From NCBI GenBank assembly GCA_965219415.1, contig OZ244742.1, forward strand, positions 1,344,001 through 1,408,000: a stretch of DNA of 64,000 nt, read 5' to 3'. A model generated the notes under the pieces. It was not told the DNA's origin and searched no databases. It saw only the letters and a list, made by a program, of their open reading frames with translations. Source of the DNA: Candidatus Marinacidobacterales bacterium. GTDB lineage: Bacteria; Acidobacteriota; Vicinamibacteria; Marinacidobacterales; DATDRI01. A program made the translations under genes and the position numbers. Positions 44,501-55,873 of the stretch are shown in pieces. Within the stretch, counting starts at the first letter, position 1. The number at the start of each line of letters is the position of its first letter.

Positions 44501-45394
44501 ATGGCTCAGGACACCCAGTCAAACTACAACCAAAAACTGAGAATGGTCTTGGATGTAACCAAGGCCTTCCGATCCATCATCCATCTGGACGTGTTGCTGG
44601 ACACCATCGTCCAGACCGCCGCAGAGACGGTAGGGACCGAGGCGGGATCCATCCTCCTCATGAACGAGGATGAGAAACTCTGCTTCCACAGCGCCTACGG
44701 AACCAAGGCTTCCGAGGTCAAGCCCTTGGTGGTAACCCTGGGGGAAGGAATCGCCGGTTGGACCGCTAAGACGAGACGCGCGGCCCTGGTCAACGACGTC
44801 GCTAACGACTCTCGGTTCGACCAACGCTTTGACGAATCCACCGGTTTCACCACGCGCTCGGTATTATGCGTGCCACTACTCATCGAGCACAGAGTCATCG
44901 GGGTGTTGGAGCTGATTAACAAACTCGACAAGGCTCCCTTCGAGGAGCAGGACTTGAACATCCTTTTCAACCTCGCCGACCAGGCCGCAATCTCCATCGA
45001 GCACGTGCGCCTTCGTGATGCTCAGAACAACTACTCGACGCACGTCATCGAAATCCTCATCGGAGCGATGGATACCCATGTTCCCGTGAAAGTGGGGCAT
45101 GCCCGTCGCGTCGCCCGTTACGCCAGCTTGGTTGGACGCGGCTATCCGGAAAAATTGGAGGGCGCGGCGATTCCGCTTGGGGCCCGGATCATCGGTGCAT
45201 GCGACGCATTCGACATCATCACAAGCAAGTTTTCTTACAAATCACCCCTGCCTTACGAAATGGCCCTCCGCGAAATGGAAGCCCACTCGGGAACTCAGTT
45301 CGACCCTGACGTGGTTGCGGCCATCAAGGCGCAGGTTCAGGAAACGGACACCGTCGAGAAAACACCTTCCTCCCCACCGACCAAGACCAATTAG
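44501..45394 (+). CDS. GAF plus HD-GYP protein with internal deletion of the HD core
   Basis: GEGIAGW...TRSVLCVPL...LINK; GHARRVARYA joins directly to GYP...IPLGARII...GTQFDP. Confidence 0.8.
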   Translation: MAQDTQSNYNQKLRMVLDVTKAFRSIIHLDVLLDTIVQTAAETVGTEAGSILLMNEDEKLCFHSAYGTKASEVKPLVVTLGEGIAGWTAKTRRAALVNDVANDSRFDQRFDESTGFTTRSVLCVPLLIEHRVIGVLELINKLDKAPFEEQDLNILFNLADQAAISIEHVRLRDAQNNYSTHVIEILIGAMDTHVPVKVGHARRVARYASLVGRGYPEKLEGAAIPLGARIIGACDAFDIITSKFSYKSPLPYEMALREMEAHSGTQFDPDVVAAIKAQVQETDTVEKTPSSPPTKTN

Positions 45395-45435
45395 GCCCAC
45401 TCCTCCAAGTGGGCACCCAGCTCCAGGTTAGTGCC

Positions 45436-48242
45436 CTAGTGACGTGCGTTGGTAGAATCTTCGGACGGTGCGGCTTGAAGAACGTCGCGCTTACTCACCT
45501 CCCGCAGCAGAGTTACCAGATAGGCGTCGAAGCGGTGCGCGATCTGTATTAGCCCGGGAATGCTTTCGCACTTGAGGATCTCCACGAAGAAGAGCTCGAA
45601 ACCCGCCCAGTCTCGATACATCAGATACTTCAGAGAATTCTCGTAGAAATTCGCAACAATTTCCTTGAGGTCTTGCGCCAGATTTTCCTCTCGCGTCCGC
45701 TGGAAAGCGTGGACTGCGCTTAACATCTTCACCATCGAATCCTTCAGCGCGCGTGATTGTTCGAGCTTGTTCGCGAAATGATCGAAGACCGTCTTCCCTT
45801 CTAGGTCCGCATCGAAACCCTGTGCCAACTGAATTACGGACTGCTGGAAACAATCGCGGAGAATGCCATGGGAGTTCTCGATACGCATGTAGACGGTGTC
45901 CGCCCGATTATAGAAATAAAGGTCGGAAAGCTCGGAGTGAATGACCTTTCTGAGCTCCAAAGGTATGCAGTAAACGAAGCTATCAAGCGTTTCTTGCAGG
46001 ACGGTGGTTAGGCGGAGGGTCGGTGCACTCCGACGGATCGAATCTAGCAGGGTGCGCGCTTCGGAAGTGACAAGGGAGAAGATGAGGACCGTCATCCTGA
46101 GCTCGGCAGGTTTTCGCTTTTTCGGATCGGTGAACTCCAAGTAGCGAAGTAACCGAAAGAACTCCAGAAACACTGTTGCCACGAGCCGGCGCACTTCCTT
46201 ATCCTCGATTCGGTAGATGATCTCGGAAACGGCATCGCTGGTTATGCGGTCGTAGGCAGGCTTGAACTTCTTGTGAGTCAAGCCCATTCTTAGTTGAAAC
46301 TCTCCACGGCTCACGTTTAAGCGACCTTCTTCTTCGATACGGTTGATGTCTTCGCCTCGATCTTCAGTTTCCGCTTGAGAGCTTCGCGAAGCTTGGGAAG
46401 ATGGCGGTAGCCCACTACCTTCCTCAAGCGCGGTTCGATGTCTACGAGCGCCGTTGCCAACCAGCGCTGGCGTTGGCTCGAGTTCTTCCAGTGGTCGACC
46501 TTCGCGCAGCGTTCCTCGACGAGAGCATTGACGGACTCAAGGCAGTTCGTCGTCTTGAACGAACGGCCCAGCACCGCGTGCACGCCGAGTCGATGCAACG
46601 TCAGCGTCTCCTCGAGGCCTTCCTCCAGGCTGCCAGCTGCGGATTGGTTCCGCTCTTCTAACTCACCGTGGAGTTGCTCGAGCGCAGTGAGGGCCTCTTC
46701 GTACTCCGGCCTGTTGTAGGCCCACTGGAGCCGCTTGCGCCATGACGCCTGCTCGCCCTTGGACAGGTAGCTCACTACGTTTTCACGTTTGTGCCACTGG
46801 CAGCGTTGTATCAGGGCCCGCTTACGGAATGCCTTCTTGACTGCCGCTTGGAGACCCTTGCCGCCGTCGATGATCACCAGCAGACCCTGGGAGATATCGA
46901 GTCCCCGCTCGAGCAGTGAACGCAGGAACGGCGTCAACACCTGCGCGTTCTCCGTGTCCGTCTCCACGAAGCCCAAGAAGCGTTTTTCCCCGCAAAGCGT
47001 GATGCCCAGAGCCACGACCATCGTTGCCTCGGCGAATGTCTTCCCATCCAGAAACAGCGCCACCACATCCTCGCCGGTCAGATCCCGTTCCTGCATCTCC
47101 CGCAGCTTCGCAGCGCTCGCTTGCACGAACCCTCGGGACACCGTTGAGCTCGACAGCCCGATGGCGCCCGGAATCGCTTCCGCTGCCGCCTCGTAGTTGC
47201 GACAAGAGATTCCGTAGAGAACTCGTTTCAGCAGAAGATCATTCACCTCACCGCCGTGGCTCACCGCCTCGTAGCAGCGAAGCGGAATCTCTCCTCCCTC
47301 GATGCTCCGAACCCGTGGCACACGGATCGGTACCCGCTGGCCGCCAAGCCCTACCGTGCCCGGGTTGCTTCCGGGACGGCGACCGCGCTCCAGCTCGTCC
47401 TTGCGAGAGTATCGCTCTCCCGCCAACGCCTTCACTTCGTCGTCGAGCAACTCGTGAACGTGCATTAGACCAAGGGGGACCAACCAACGGATCATCTCTA
47501 CCTTGGCGTCCAGCGCGAGTTCCCCGTAATCCTCGTGCCTCACCATCTCGACCTCACCCAAACGACGCGACTTCTTGCGTTTCTTGACCGAACGTAGCAG
47601 ACTTCCCATCTCGGCTCCTTTCTTCGCGGCTTGATTTTGTTTTGTCCAACGCCATCAAACCACGGGGTTTGGAGCCGTTTCAATTCCCAACTAAGATTGG
47701 CACACTTTCCTTCTTGTCCATCAAGAGGGACAAGTGCTCGTCTCGCCGGATCTCGCGGTAGATCAGGCGGCCGATAACTCTGAAAGGTTGCATAGGGGAC
47801 GCGCGAGAGCTTGGTCAGCTCGGAAAGGATGAGGTACAGGTCCTCGAAGCCTTCTCGCAGAAGTGTGAGGCCCACTTGGGGGCTGCTTTGGTGAAGCAGC
47901 CGTGCGACGTAGGGATCGGTGACGTCGTCCGCACGCAGGAAGTTCTCCACGTACTTGTCGAAGCGTTCCTGATTGACTCGGTCCTCGCTTGCGAGACTGG
48001 TGCACAGTTGAGTGACCCGATGAAACGGCGCTGGCCACCAAAGTCACTTCCTCGTAGAAACTCCGGAGCGCGAGGGCGTTACCGGAATCGGGAAACTGGG
48101 GCTGGTTGCTCACGCGAAAATAGCGCTCGAAGCTCTTGAGCCACATCTCGAGTTCGAAGAGGTACTCGAGCCGTTCCGATCGGCCGAGGTCCTCGATCCA
48201 TTGGGACATCTGGCCGATCAGAAACTCTGACCTATCAGACAC
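45436..48242 (-). pseudogene. Hypothetical helical protein interrupted by IS256 (plus frameshifts)
   Basis: The reading LSLLMDKK|FKPAYDR is restored across the target duplication. Confidence 0.75.
46275..47709 (-). mobile_element. IS256-family element, copy 2 (transposase 46317-47609)
   Basis: Near-identical to copy 1; 8-bp target duplication CTTCTTGT (46267-46274 / 47710-47717). Confidence 0.95.
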
Positions 48243-48469
48243 ACTACCCTCCCCCGGGGTGAGGCGCTAAGCTCATTCAGTATGGATACTTACCTTGGAT
48301 TCTATCATGGCCAGGTGGGCCCACGAAAGCGGCCGCGGGACCATAGACGGTGTAACGGAAATCAGGTAAGATAGTTATGTATAATCCTGAAAGAATCGGA
48401 GCTCCGGGGACGGGCCGGACTTGTACGACGCATAGGAGCATCCTCACCGTTCTCGGTCCAAGTCGGGAA

Positions 48470-49387
48470 ATGTCGAAGCCCTGTATTGTCTGCGTGGACG
48501 AAGAGCCAGCGCGTCTCGAGCGCTTGGCCGCCCTCATCGAGTAGAGATTCGGAGAAACCCACCAGCTTCGGTGTTATTCCTCGTCCGAGGAATGCCTCGA
48601 AGGGTTGGTTGCAATGGCAAAAGAGAATCCCCAGCTACCCGCCGTTCCTCTCGTGGCGGTGGGTCGCATGATTGGGTCGGTGGTTCACGATTTCAGGAGC
48701 CCCCTGACCGCGGTGCGCGGCTATGCGGGAATGCTGGCCACACTCACCGTCTCGGAAGAGCACCGACAAGAGTACGCGCGCCTCATCGTCGAAGAGTGCG
48801 ATCGACTGGGAGGCCTGACCGACGAACTGTTGGAGCTTACCCGTGGAAGCCGCACCAAGCCGGTCATCCGGAGAGTGGAGCTGTCGGACTTCTTCCGCGA
48901 CCTCGAACCGTCCCTCGAGGCTCAGTTCATAGACAGCGAAGTCCGCCTCAAGGTCGAGCTCGGATACCGAGGCCCGGTGGCCATGGACGCGGACCGTATG
49001 ACCCGCGCGATCCTCAACGTGGCCGCCAATGCTCGTCAGGCGATCAATGGCGCGGGCTCGTTCGCCGTCCGATCCAAGAAGGATCTCGAGCACGTCGTCT
49101 TGGAGTTCGAAGATACGGGCTACGGTATTCCAGAAGACATTCGCCATCGCATCTTCGAGCCGTTCTTCTCCTACGGCAAAGCGCAAGGAATCGGGCTGGG
49201 GATGAGCATCATTCAGCGAATCGTACAGGAGCACGGCGGCGAAACGAGTCTGAGCAGCGAGCCTGGAGTCGGAACGATCGTGAAGTTCTTGCTTCCTCTC
49301 GAAGGGGTGTTAGAGGCCGAGACTTCAAAAAAAGTTGCCGCCGTTGAACACTCCACGGCCGGAATGGGTCGTGGGCGCCGCCCGTAG
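48470..49387 (+). pseudogene. Histidine kinase with partial N-terminal receiver domain and in-frame TAG at 48542
   Basis: MSKPCIVCVDEE... is in frame with VHDFRSPL, NVAANA, DTGYGI, FEPFFS and GIGLG. Confidence 0.75.
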
Positions 49388-49522
49388 GCTTAATAGCCAG
49401 ACGGTCTCCAGAACATGCGGGACGCCAAAAAAGGATGTGCCACCAATCAACGTGGCCAGGCGTCGGTTCGTGGCAATCCCGTCCTTTGGACGCCCACTCA
49501 CCAGTTCCAGTTATAGCAACCC

Positions 49523-50950
49523 TCACGACACTCCACAGAGGCTTTGAAGAAGTTTCTGATGAAAACCTCCGAAGCCGCCGTTCGACATCCCCAAGACGAC
49601 ATCCCCATCATCGAGACGTTGAGTCAGGAAGTCCACGATCTCCTCGACCTCGGGGATGAACCAGGCCTCGACCCCTGCGGCACCAAGGGACTTCACGACT
49701 TCTTCCTCCGAAAGCTCTTGCTCCGACGCCAGTCGTCTACTCGAGTAGACGGCGGCTAAAACCACTCGGTCCGCAAGACCCAGCGCCCTAGCGAACTCGT
49801 CCTGAAATACCTGACTTCGAGCCGTGAAGGACCGCGGCTCGAAAACAGCCCACATCTTCCGTCCCGGCCAGCGCTGCCGAGCAGACTCCAGGGTGTGACG
49901 GATCGCCGTCGGATGATGGGCGAAATCGTCGACGACGGTGACGTCGCGCTCTTCTCCACGAACTTGCAGGCGTCGAGCGACGCCCTGGAACGAGCGCAAG
50001 CCGACCGAGATCTCTTCGGTACTCAAGCCCAAGCGATGGGCAACCGCAATAACCGCGAGAGGGTTCTTCAGCGCAGCGGCCCCCCAGAAGGGCCCGGCCA
50101 TGGACGCGTAGCGCTCACTCTCACGCCACACTTCGAAACGGCTTCCCACTTCGTCGACTTCGATCTCACGTAGCTCCCATGTGGCGGCACCACCCACTGC
50201 GAAGGTCTCCACCGGGCAAAGGGCGCGCTCCGCGATCTCTACCGCGGGCCGACTGTCCGCCCCAACGACCAACAGGCCACCCCGGGGAACCAAGTTAACC
50301 AACCGGCTGAAGGCGGTCACCACCGAATCGAGATCGGGGTAGATATCAGCGTGGTCGTACTCGACGTTGCCTAGTACTACTAGCTGAGGAAGATAGTGAA
50401 GAAACTTCGGCCCTTTGTCGAAGTAGGCAGTATCGTACTCGTCTCCCTCAATGACGAAGTTCTCTCCGGTCCCCACTTGATAGCTGTGACCAAAGTTGAG
50501 CGGGATGCCACCCACCAAGAATCCAGGATCACGCTTGGCGCTTTGAAGGACCCAGGCCATCAACGACGTCGTCGTGGTCTTCCCGTGAGTTCCCGCCATC
50601 ACCACCGGGGATCGCTCCCGCAAGAACAGGTCCTTCAAGACAGCCGGCATCGACGTATAGGGCAGATTTCGATCCAAAACCTCTTCGAGCTCGGGGTTGC
50701 CTCGAGAGATGGCGTTTCCGACCACAACCAGGTCCAGGTCGGTGGCTAGGTTGTCGGGACGGAACGGCGAGTGAACGGTAATCTCAAGCTCGGCCAGCAT
50801 CTCCGACATCGGTGGGTAAGTGTTTTCGTCGGAACCCGACACCCGGCAACCCTTCTCTTTGAGCATCCCGGCAAGAGACGCCATCGCGGTGCCGCAGATC
50901 CCGAGTAGATGTATCCGGGCTCCATCGGGTATCGGGGAGCCGAGGCTCAA
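49523..50950 (-). CDS. mpl: Murein peptide ligase (Mpl/MurC-like)
   Basis: GICGTAM, GTHGKTTT, EGDEYDTAYFDK, DHADIY and DDFAHHP. Confidence 0.88.
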   Translation of the reverse strand: MSLGSPIPDGARIHLLGICGTAMASLAGMLKEKGCRVSGSDENTYPPMSEMLAELEITVHSPFRPDNLATDLDLVVVGNAISRGNPELEEVLDRNLPYTSMPAVLKDLFLRERSPVVMAGTHGKTTTTSLMAWVLQSAKRDPGFLVGGIPLNFGHSYQVGTGENFVIEGDEYDTAYFDKGPKFLHYLPQLVVLGNVEYDHADIYPDLDSVVTAFSRLVNLVPRGGLLVVGADSRPAVEIAERALCPVETFAVGGAATWELREIEVDEVGSRFEVWRESERYASMAGPFWGAAALKNPLAVIAVAHRLGLSTEEISVGLRSFQGVARRLQVRGEERDVTVVDDFAHHPTAIRHTLESARQRWPGRKMWAVFEPRSFTARSQVFQDEFARALGLADRVVLAAVYSSRRLASEQELSEEEVVKSLGAAGVEAWFIPEVEEIVDFLTQRLDDGDVVLGMSNGGFGGFHQKLLQSLCGVS

Positions 50951-51858
50951 ACGACCGCCCCCTCCAAGAGACTGAGCCCGTCGTCGTCGATTCGCACTCG
51001 GACCCCGAAGGGTAGAGTCTGGGCGGGAGAAACCGAGTGCCCAGAGGGGAAACCGGACAACACGGGTACCCCGAGTTGCCGGGTGGCATCCTTCAGTACT
51101 TCATCCAAGTCGTACCCTTGTGAGGCGTGCTGCTCACAATTGGGCATCTCGCCGAAAACTAAGCCCCGAACCGCGTCCAGGTGTCCCGCCATCCGGAGTT
51201 GCTGCAACATGCGATCGATTTGATAAGGCTTGACCGCCGTGTCCTCGAGAAAAACGATGGCGTCAGAGAAACTGGGTAGATACGGTGTACCGACCAGAGC
51301 GGAAACCAGCGAAAGACAACCTCCCAACAACGTCCCCTCTGCGGCACCTGGGTGGAGAACTCGCACCGACGCGGGAAGCCGTCCTGCTGGTTCCGGGTTA
51401 CCGAGGATTCCAAGAAGATTTTCGACGTCGTACGCGGAGTCCCCTCTCGCCATCTGCTGCGCCACCATCGGGCCGTGGAAGGAGACCATGCCGGCTTGTC
51501 CTGCCAAGAAGCACAGCAAGGCGGTGGAATCGCTGGCTCCGAGAAGGATCTTAGGGTTGGCCTTCAGACGATTCGGGTCCAACCGTTCCAGCAAGTCCAG
51601 GCTGCCGTATCCACCGCGCGCACAAAAAATGCCGGCCACCTCCGGATCTTCCCAAAGCTCCACGAAATCGGCCGTGCGCTGCTCGGCGTCGCCCGCTGTA
51701 AATCGAGAGCGAGCATAAAGCGAGCTCCCTAGCCGAGTACGAAACCCAAGCCGGGAGAGCTCCGCCAAGCCCCTCTCCATGAACTCGGCGCGCACCGGGC
51801 TTGCTGGCGCGATGACGCCGACTGTTGCCGACGGTTTCAGAGCGGGTGGTTTAAGCAT
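50947..51858 (-). CDS. ldcA: LD-carboxypeptidase (S66)
   Basis: ARGGYG, GASD, FHGPM, LED and SGH. Confidence 0.88.
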   Translation of the reverse strand: MLKPPALKPSATVGVIAPASPVRAEFMERGLAELSRLGFRTRLGSSLYARSRFTAGDAEQRTADFVELWEDPEVAGIFCARGGYGSLDLLERLDPNRLKANPKILLGASDSTALLCFLAGQAGMVSFHGPMVAQQMARGDSAYDVENLLGILGNPEPAGRLPASVRVLHPGAAEGTLLGGCLSLVSALVGTPYLPSFSDAIVFLEDTAVKPYQIDRMLQQLRMAGHLDAVRGLVFGEMPNCEQHASQGYDLDEVLKDATRQLGVPVLSGFPSGHSVSPAQTLPFGVRVRIDDDGLSLLEGAVV

Positions 51859-51921
51859 GGACTCGTTGAACGGTTTTGTAGAAACGGGGAACGGCTTTGA
51901 GACGGTGGAAATCGGCGGAGC

Positions 51922-52407
51922 CTATTTTGTCTCCTCTGCCGCATCTTGGGTAAGGGCCTGCAGTCTTTGGCGAACGCGGGCGTTCACCGCTTTGCCGTCC
52001 ACGGTCTTTCCCGTGGTCTGGAGGCGAGCCATGGTTCCTTTCATGACCGCCCCCATATCCTTCGGTCCTTGAGCCCCGAGCTCCTCGATGACTCCCGCCA
52101 CGGCCGCGTCTATCTCCCCTGCTGAAACCGGCTCCGGCAAGTAGGATTCGATCCATGCCTTCTCCCGCCGTTCCTTTTCTGCGAGGTCGGCTCGGCCGCC
52201 CTTCTCGAATTGCTCGATGGCCTCCACCCGTTGTTTGAGTTGAGTTTTGAGGACCTGGACGGCATCTTCGTCGGAAAGTTTGGCCTTTTTTTCAATCTCT
52301 TTATACTTTAGGGCGGCCTTCATCATGCGAAGAACCGACACCCGAGCCGGCTCCTTAGCCTTCATTGCCTGGACCATATCCTTTTGGATTTGCTCAACTA
52401 GATCCAT
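51922..52407 (-). CDS. GatB/YqeY domain protein
   Basis: AMKAK, FEKGGRADLAEKE, YLP and DMGAVM. Confidence 0.9.
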   Translation of the reverse strand: MDLVEQIQKDMVQAMKAKEPARVSVLRMMKAALKYKEIEKKAKLSDEDAVQVLKTQLKQRVEAIEQFEKGGRADLAEKERREKAWIESYLPEPVSAGEIDAAVAGVIEELGAQGPKDMGAVMKGTMARLQTTGKTVDGKAVNARVRQRLQALTQDAAEETK

Positions 52408-52533
52408 GGAATTCGAAACCTTTTATTGTGCGGGCTTCTTAGACACTACCACAAATGTCGGTCCCTCGGCACATTATAGACGGGGGGCCGTCTATAATGT
52501 CGACCATGCTGTTGGCGTCCTGAGGAGGTCTTG

Positions 52534-53970
52534 ATGAACCAATGGTCTATGGTCATAGCTCTTATATTGGCGCTCGCCACGTTTCTTCCGCGAGGCGATG
52601 TTCGCGCCCAAGAAGAGGGGCTCGATCCCCCGCGTTCCGCTTGGCTGGGTGCGAGCCCTGCCCTCCGCGACACCATCGAACACCACGCAAGGGGATACAA
52701 GGCTTTCATGAACGGCGCCAAGACCGAGCTCAGCTTCGTTTCCGAAGCGGTCGAGATCGCGCAACAAGCGGGCTATCGGAAACTACGGGGGGACTCCGAT
52801 CTCGTTCCCGGCGCCCGTCTCTACGATGTCAACCGTGACCGGACTCTCACGTTGATCGTCATAGGCCAGGAGGATATGCGCAGCGGCTTTAGAATCGTGG
52901 GCGCACATATCGACTCTCCAAGGATCGAGGTTAAACCACGCGCCCTCTATCAGGCTGAGGAGTTTGCGCTCTTTCAAACCAACTCCCACGGTGGCCTCAA
53001 AACCTACGAGTGGACCAACATCCCGCTGGCGCTCATGGGCAGGGTCGACAAGAAGGACGGCACGACGGTTGAGATCTCGTTGGGGAACGAGCCGGGCGAG
53101 CCGATCTTCATTATTCCCGATCTCTCACCCCACGTTGACCGAGACCTGCGGGAGCGCAAGAGTCGCGACGTCGTCGCCCACGAGGAATTGGACCCGTTAG
53201 TGGGTCACGTACCCAAAGAAGGCAAAGACGTGAAAGCGGCGATCACCTCGTATCTCAAATCGACTTACGCCATAGACCGAGATGACTTCGTCTCTGCAGA
53301 ACTAGCGTTGGTTCCGGCGTACGCGGCACGCGATGTCGGCTTCGACCGAGGTTTAATGGCGATTTACGGTCAAGACGATCGTCTTTCGGCCTATGCGGCG
53401 CTTCGCGCCAACATGAACGCCGATGCCCCTCGCTTTACGGGAATCGCCTACCTCGTCGACAACGAGGAAACGGGGAGCTACAACAACACCGGCGCGCGGT
53501 CGACCTACCTCGTGGATCTCATGAGCCGACTCATGTCGACCAAGATGGCCGACGCCTATCAGGAACGTTGGCTCCGGCGATCGCTCAGTGCCACTAAGGT
53601 AATCTCGTCCGACGTGAATCCGGGGATCAACCCTCTTTGGCCTTCGGCGTGGGAGCCAACCAACGCTCCCCGGCTCGGCTACGGCGTCAACCTCAAGCTG
53701 TACGGGAGAGGGTTTAACGCGAACTCCGAGTATATTGCATGGATGAGGAACCTGCTCGACGGCGAAGAGATCCCTTGGCAGACGGCTACTTACAAGGTCG
53801 GAGGAGGCGGTGGCGGTGAGGGAACGATCGGCCTGTTCCTCTCGGACGACAACATGGAGGTCATCGACCTCGGCGTCCCGGTGCTATCGATCCACACGCC
53901 CTACTCAATCAGCTCCAAAATTGATGTTTACTACCTTTACCGCGCAATGCTGGCTTTCTTCTCAAATTGA
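52534..53970 (+). CDS. M18 family aminopeptidase with signal peptide
   Basis: GAHIDSP, GQDDR, DNEETGS, GTIG and LSIH. Confidence 0.9.
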   Translation: MNQWSMVIALILALATFLPRGDVRAQEEGLDPPRSAWLGASPALRDTIEHHARGYKAFMNGAKTELSFVSEAVEIAQQAGYRKLRGDSDLVPGARLYDVNRDRTLTLIVIGQEDMRSGFRIVGAHIDSPRIEVKPRALYQAEEFALFQTNSHGGLKTYEWTNIPLALMGRVDKKDGTTVEISLGNEPGEPIFIIPDLSPHVDRDLRERKSRDVVAHEELDPLVGHVPKEGKDVKAAITSYLKSTYAIDRDDFVSAELALVPAYAARDVGFDRGLMAIYGQDDRLSAYAALRANMNADAPRFTGIAYLVDNEETGSYNNTGARSTYLVDLMSRLMSTKMADAYQERWLRRSLSATKVISSDVNPGINPLWPSAWEPTNAPRLGYGVNLKLYGRGFNANSEYIAWMRNLLDGEEIPWQTATYKVGGGGGGEGTIGLFLSDDNMEVIDLGVPVLSIHTPYSISSKIDVYYLYRAMLAFFSN

Positions 53971-54129
53971 AGCAACTGCTCCACGGCCCGCGAGGGCCGT
54001 CGGCCGGGAGGAATTGGCTCAGCGAATCCGGTAGCCAAGGGAACCCGGCCGGGTTTGGGGCGCGAGCGAGGGTGGGGTCCCCGCGAGCATAAATAGATTG
54101 AAGCAACTGCTCCACGGCCCGTGAGGGCC
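53966..54129. repeat. REP/MITE-like intergenic element with 33-bp direct repeats
   Basis: ATTGAAGCAACTGCTCCACGGCCCG(C/T)GAGGGCC at 53966 and 54097, each ending in a GGCCC-GYGA-GGGCC hairpin. Confidence 0.75.
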
Positions 54130-54131
54130 TC

Positions 54132-55691
54132 TCACCTAACGAGGGTTTGCTCGGAGTCGGAGTCCGAGTCCGAATCCTCGGACTCCGAGACACCGGAATC
54201 GGTCGACACCCCGGACGACCGCGCCAGGCCCACCAGGGCGATCGATCGCCTGGGATAGTTTCTCCATCTCCGGGTAGTCCTTGGGGGACGGAAGGACCGG
54301 CTTCTCACCTCGCCCAAAAGACTTCACGACTCGGGCGAGCTCGTCCACCGGTCTCACTGTTAAGTGCCTTGCCAGGACCACGCTGGTATAGGCCCATCCC
54401 ACAATGAGTGGCAAGCCGGTAAAAACCGCGACCAACGCCGAGTTCGTTCTCAAGGCGATGCTCGCCAGTATGAAGGTCACGATCAATCCAACCCCGGACA
54501 GCACGAGGATGAACTTCGTTTGCCAGGGCAGAAGAGCAAACCGCTCCGCGCTTCGGAACATGAAGGCAGCAGCAGCCTGGCGAGACTTCACGACTTGGGT
54601 CAATTGAGCAGTGCGACGTTTCACGACGCTGGCGAACGGCTCTCGCTCGGGAACCAAAACGGCGTCCTCCGCGACGCGGGCCGAGGTGGCCGCTTCTTCC
54701 GCGAAGTTTCGAGTTTCGTCTACTTCACCCTCAACCGCGTGCGCTTTTTCACCGGCACTCAAAACGACCGCCGCGGAGCTTTCCTCCGATTCAGCGGGCT
54801 CCTTGCTAAGACTACGGTCGCCGCCGAGCCTTCCTCCGGGTCGGCAGGCTCTCCGGCTAGAACGACCGTCCCTGAGTCCTCCTCTGAGTCGGCTGCCGCT
54901 TTCGCGAGAACGACGGTCCCCGAGCCTTCCTCCGGGTCGGCAGGCTCTCCGGCTAGAACGACCGTCCCTGAGTCCTCCTCTGAGTCGGCTGCCGCTTTCG
55001 CGAGAACGACGGTCCCCGAGCCTTCCTCCGGGTCGGCAGGCTCTCCGGCTAGAACGACCGTCCCTGAGTCCTCCTCTGAGTCGGCTGCCGCTTTCGCGAG
55101 AACGATGGTCCCCGAGCCGTCCTCCGGGTCGGCGGGCTCTTTAGCCAACACCACCGTTTGCGGGCCGTTACCTCCGTCGGCCGAGTCTTGGGAGTTCGGC
55201 GCTAGCATGATGGTCTCGTCTGCATCGGGCTCACCGCCGGCCAGCACTACGGTCGCATCGGCGCGATCCTCGCTCGGCGCGTAAACCACAGCGTTTGCCG
55301 GCTGGCCGGGTCGCAAGGCAACGGTCTTGTCCGTTTGGGGGGCTGGCAAAATGATGGTGGGCTCTTCACCCTCCAGGATTTCCGGCTCGGGGTCCGCTGG
55401 CACGCCGTCTTCTTCGAACGCGATCTCAAGGCCGCCCAACCGGATGGCGTCACCGGGTCGGAGCAAACGCTCGCCGACCTTCTCCTCGTTCACCCACATC
55501 CCATTGCGACTCCCCAAATCGACGAGCCTTACGCCGTCCGGGCCGGGCTCGATGCGGGCGTGCCGGCGGGAAAGCTTCTGGTTCACGAAGAACAGATCGC
55601 AGTTGGGGTCGCGGCCGATTACGATCGCGGAATCGCCGAGCTCGTGGCTAGTCGTCCAGTCACCGTTGGTGACGATAATTCGCTTTCCCAC
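54132..55691 (-). CDS. FHA protein with TVVL tandem repeats and C-terminal TM/HAMP-like region (frameshifts near 54800 and 54235)
   Basis: IGRDPNCD, SRRHA, DLGSRNG; two hydrophobic helices followed by RPVDELAR. Confidence 0.78.
54824..55135 (-). repeat. About 3 copies of a 96-bp coding tandem repeat
   Basis: Unit GTVVLAKAAADSEEDSGTVVLAGEPADPEEGS. Confidence 0.9.
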
Positions 55692-55873
55692 GCCGAGATC
55701 TTCACCTGTCGGAACCCGCAGCAGCGAGGTGGCGGTGCGGTACACGGTTCGAGACAAGGATCTGAACCGAAGCGAGGCATGAAATCAACTGCCCCGGCCG
55801 GGGTGGTGGGAAATGGCGGGGGAGCACGCCGGAAAATCGGGGAATCGGCCCGTAGAGCGCGCCTGGCAGCCGT

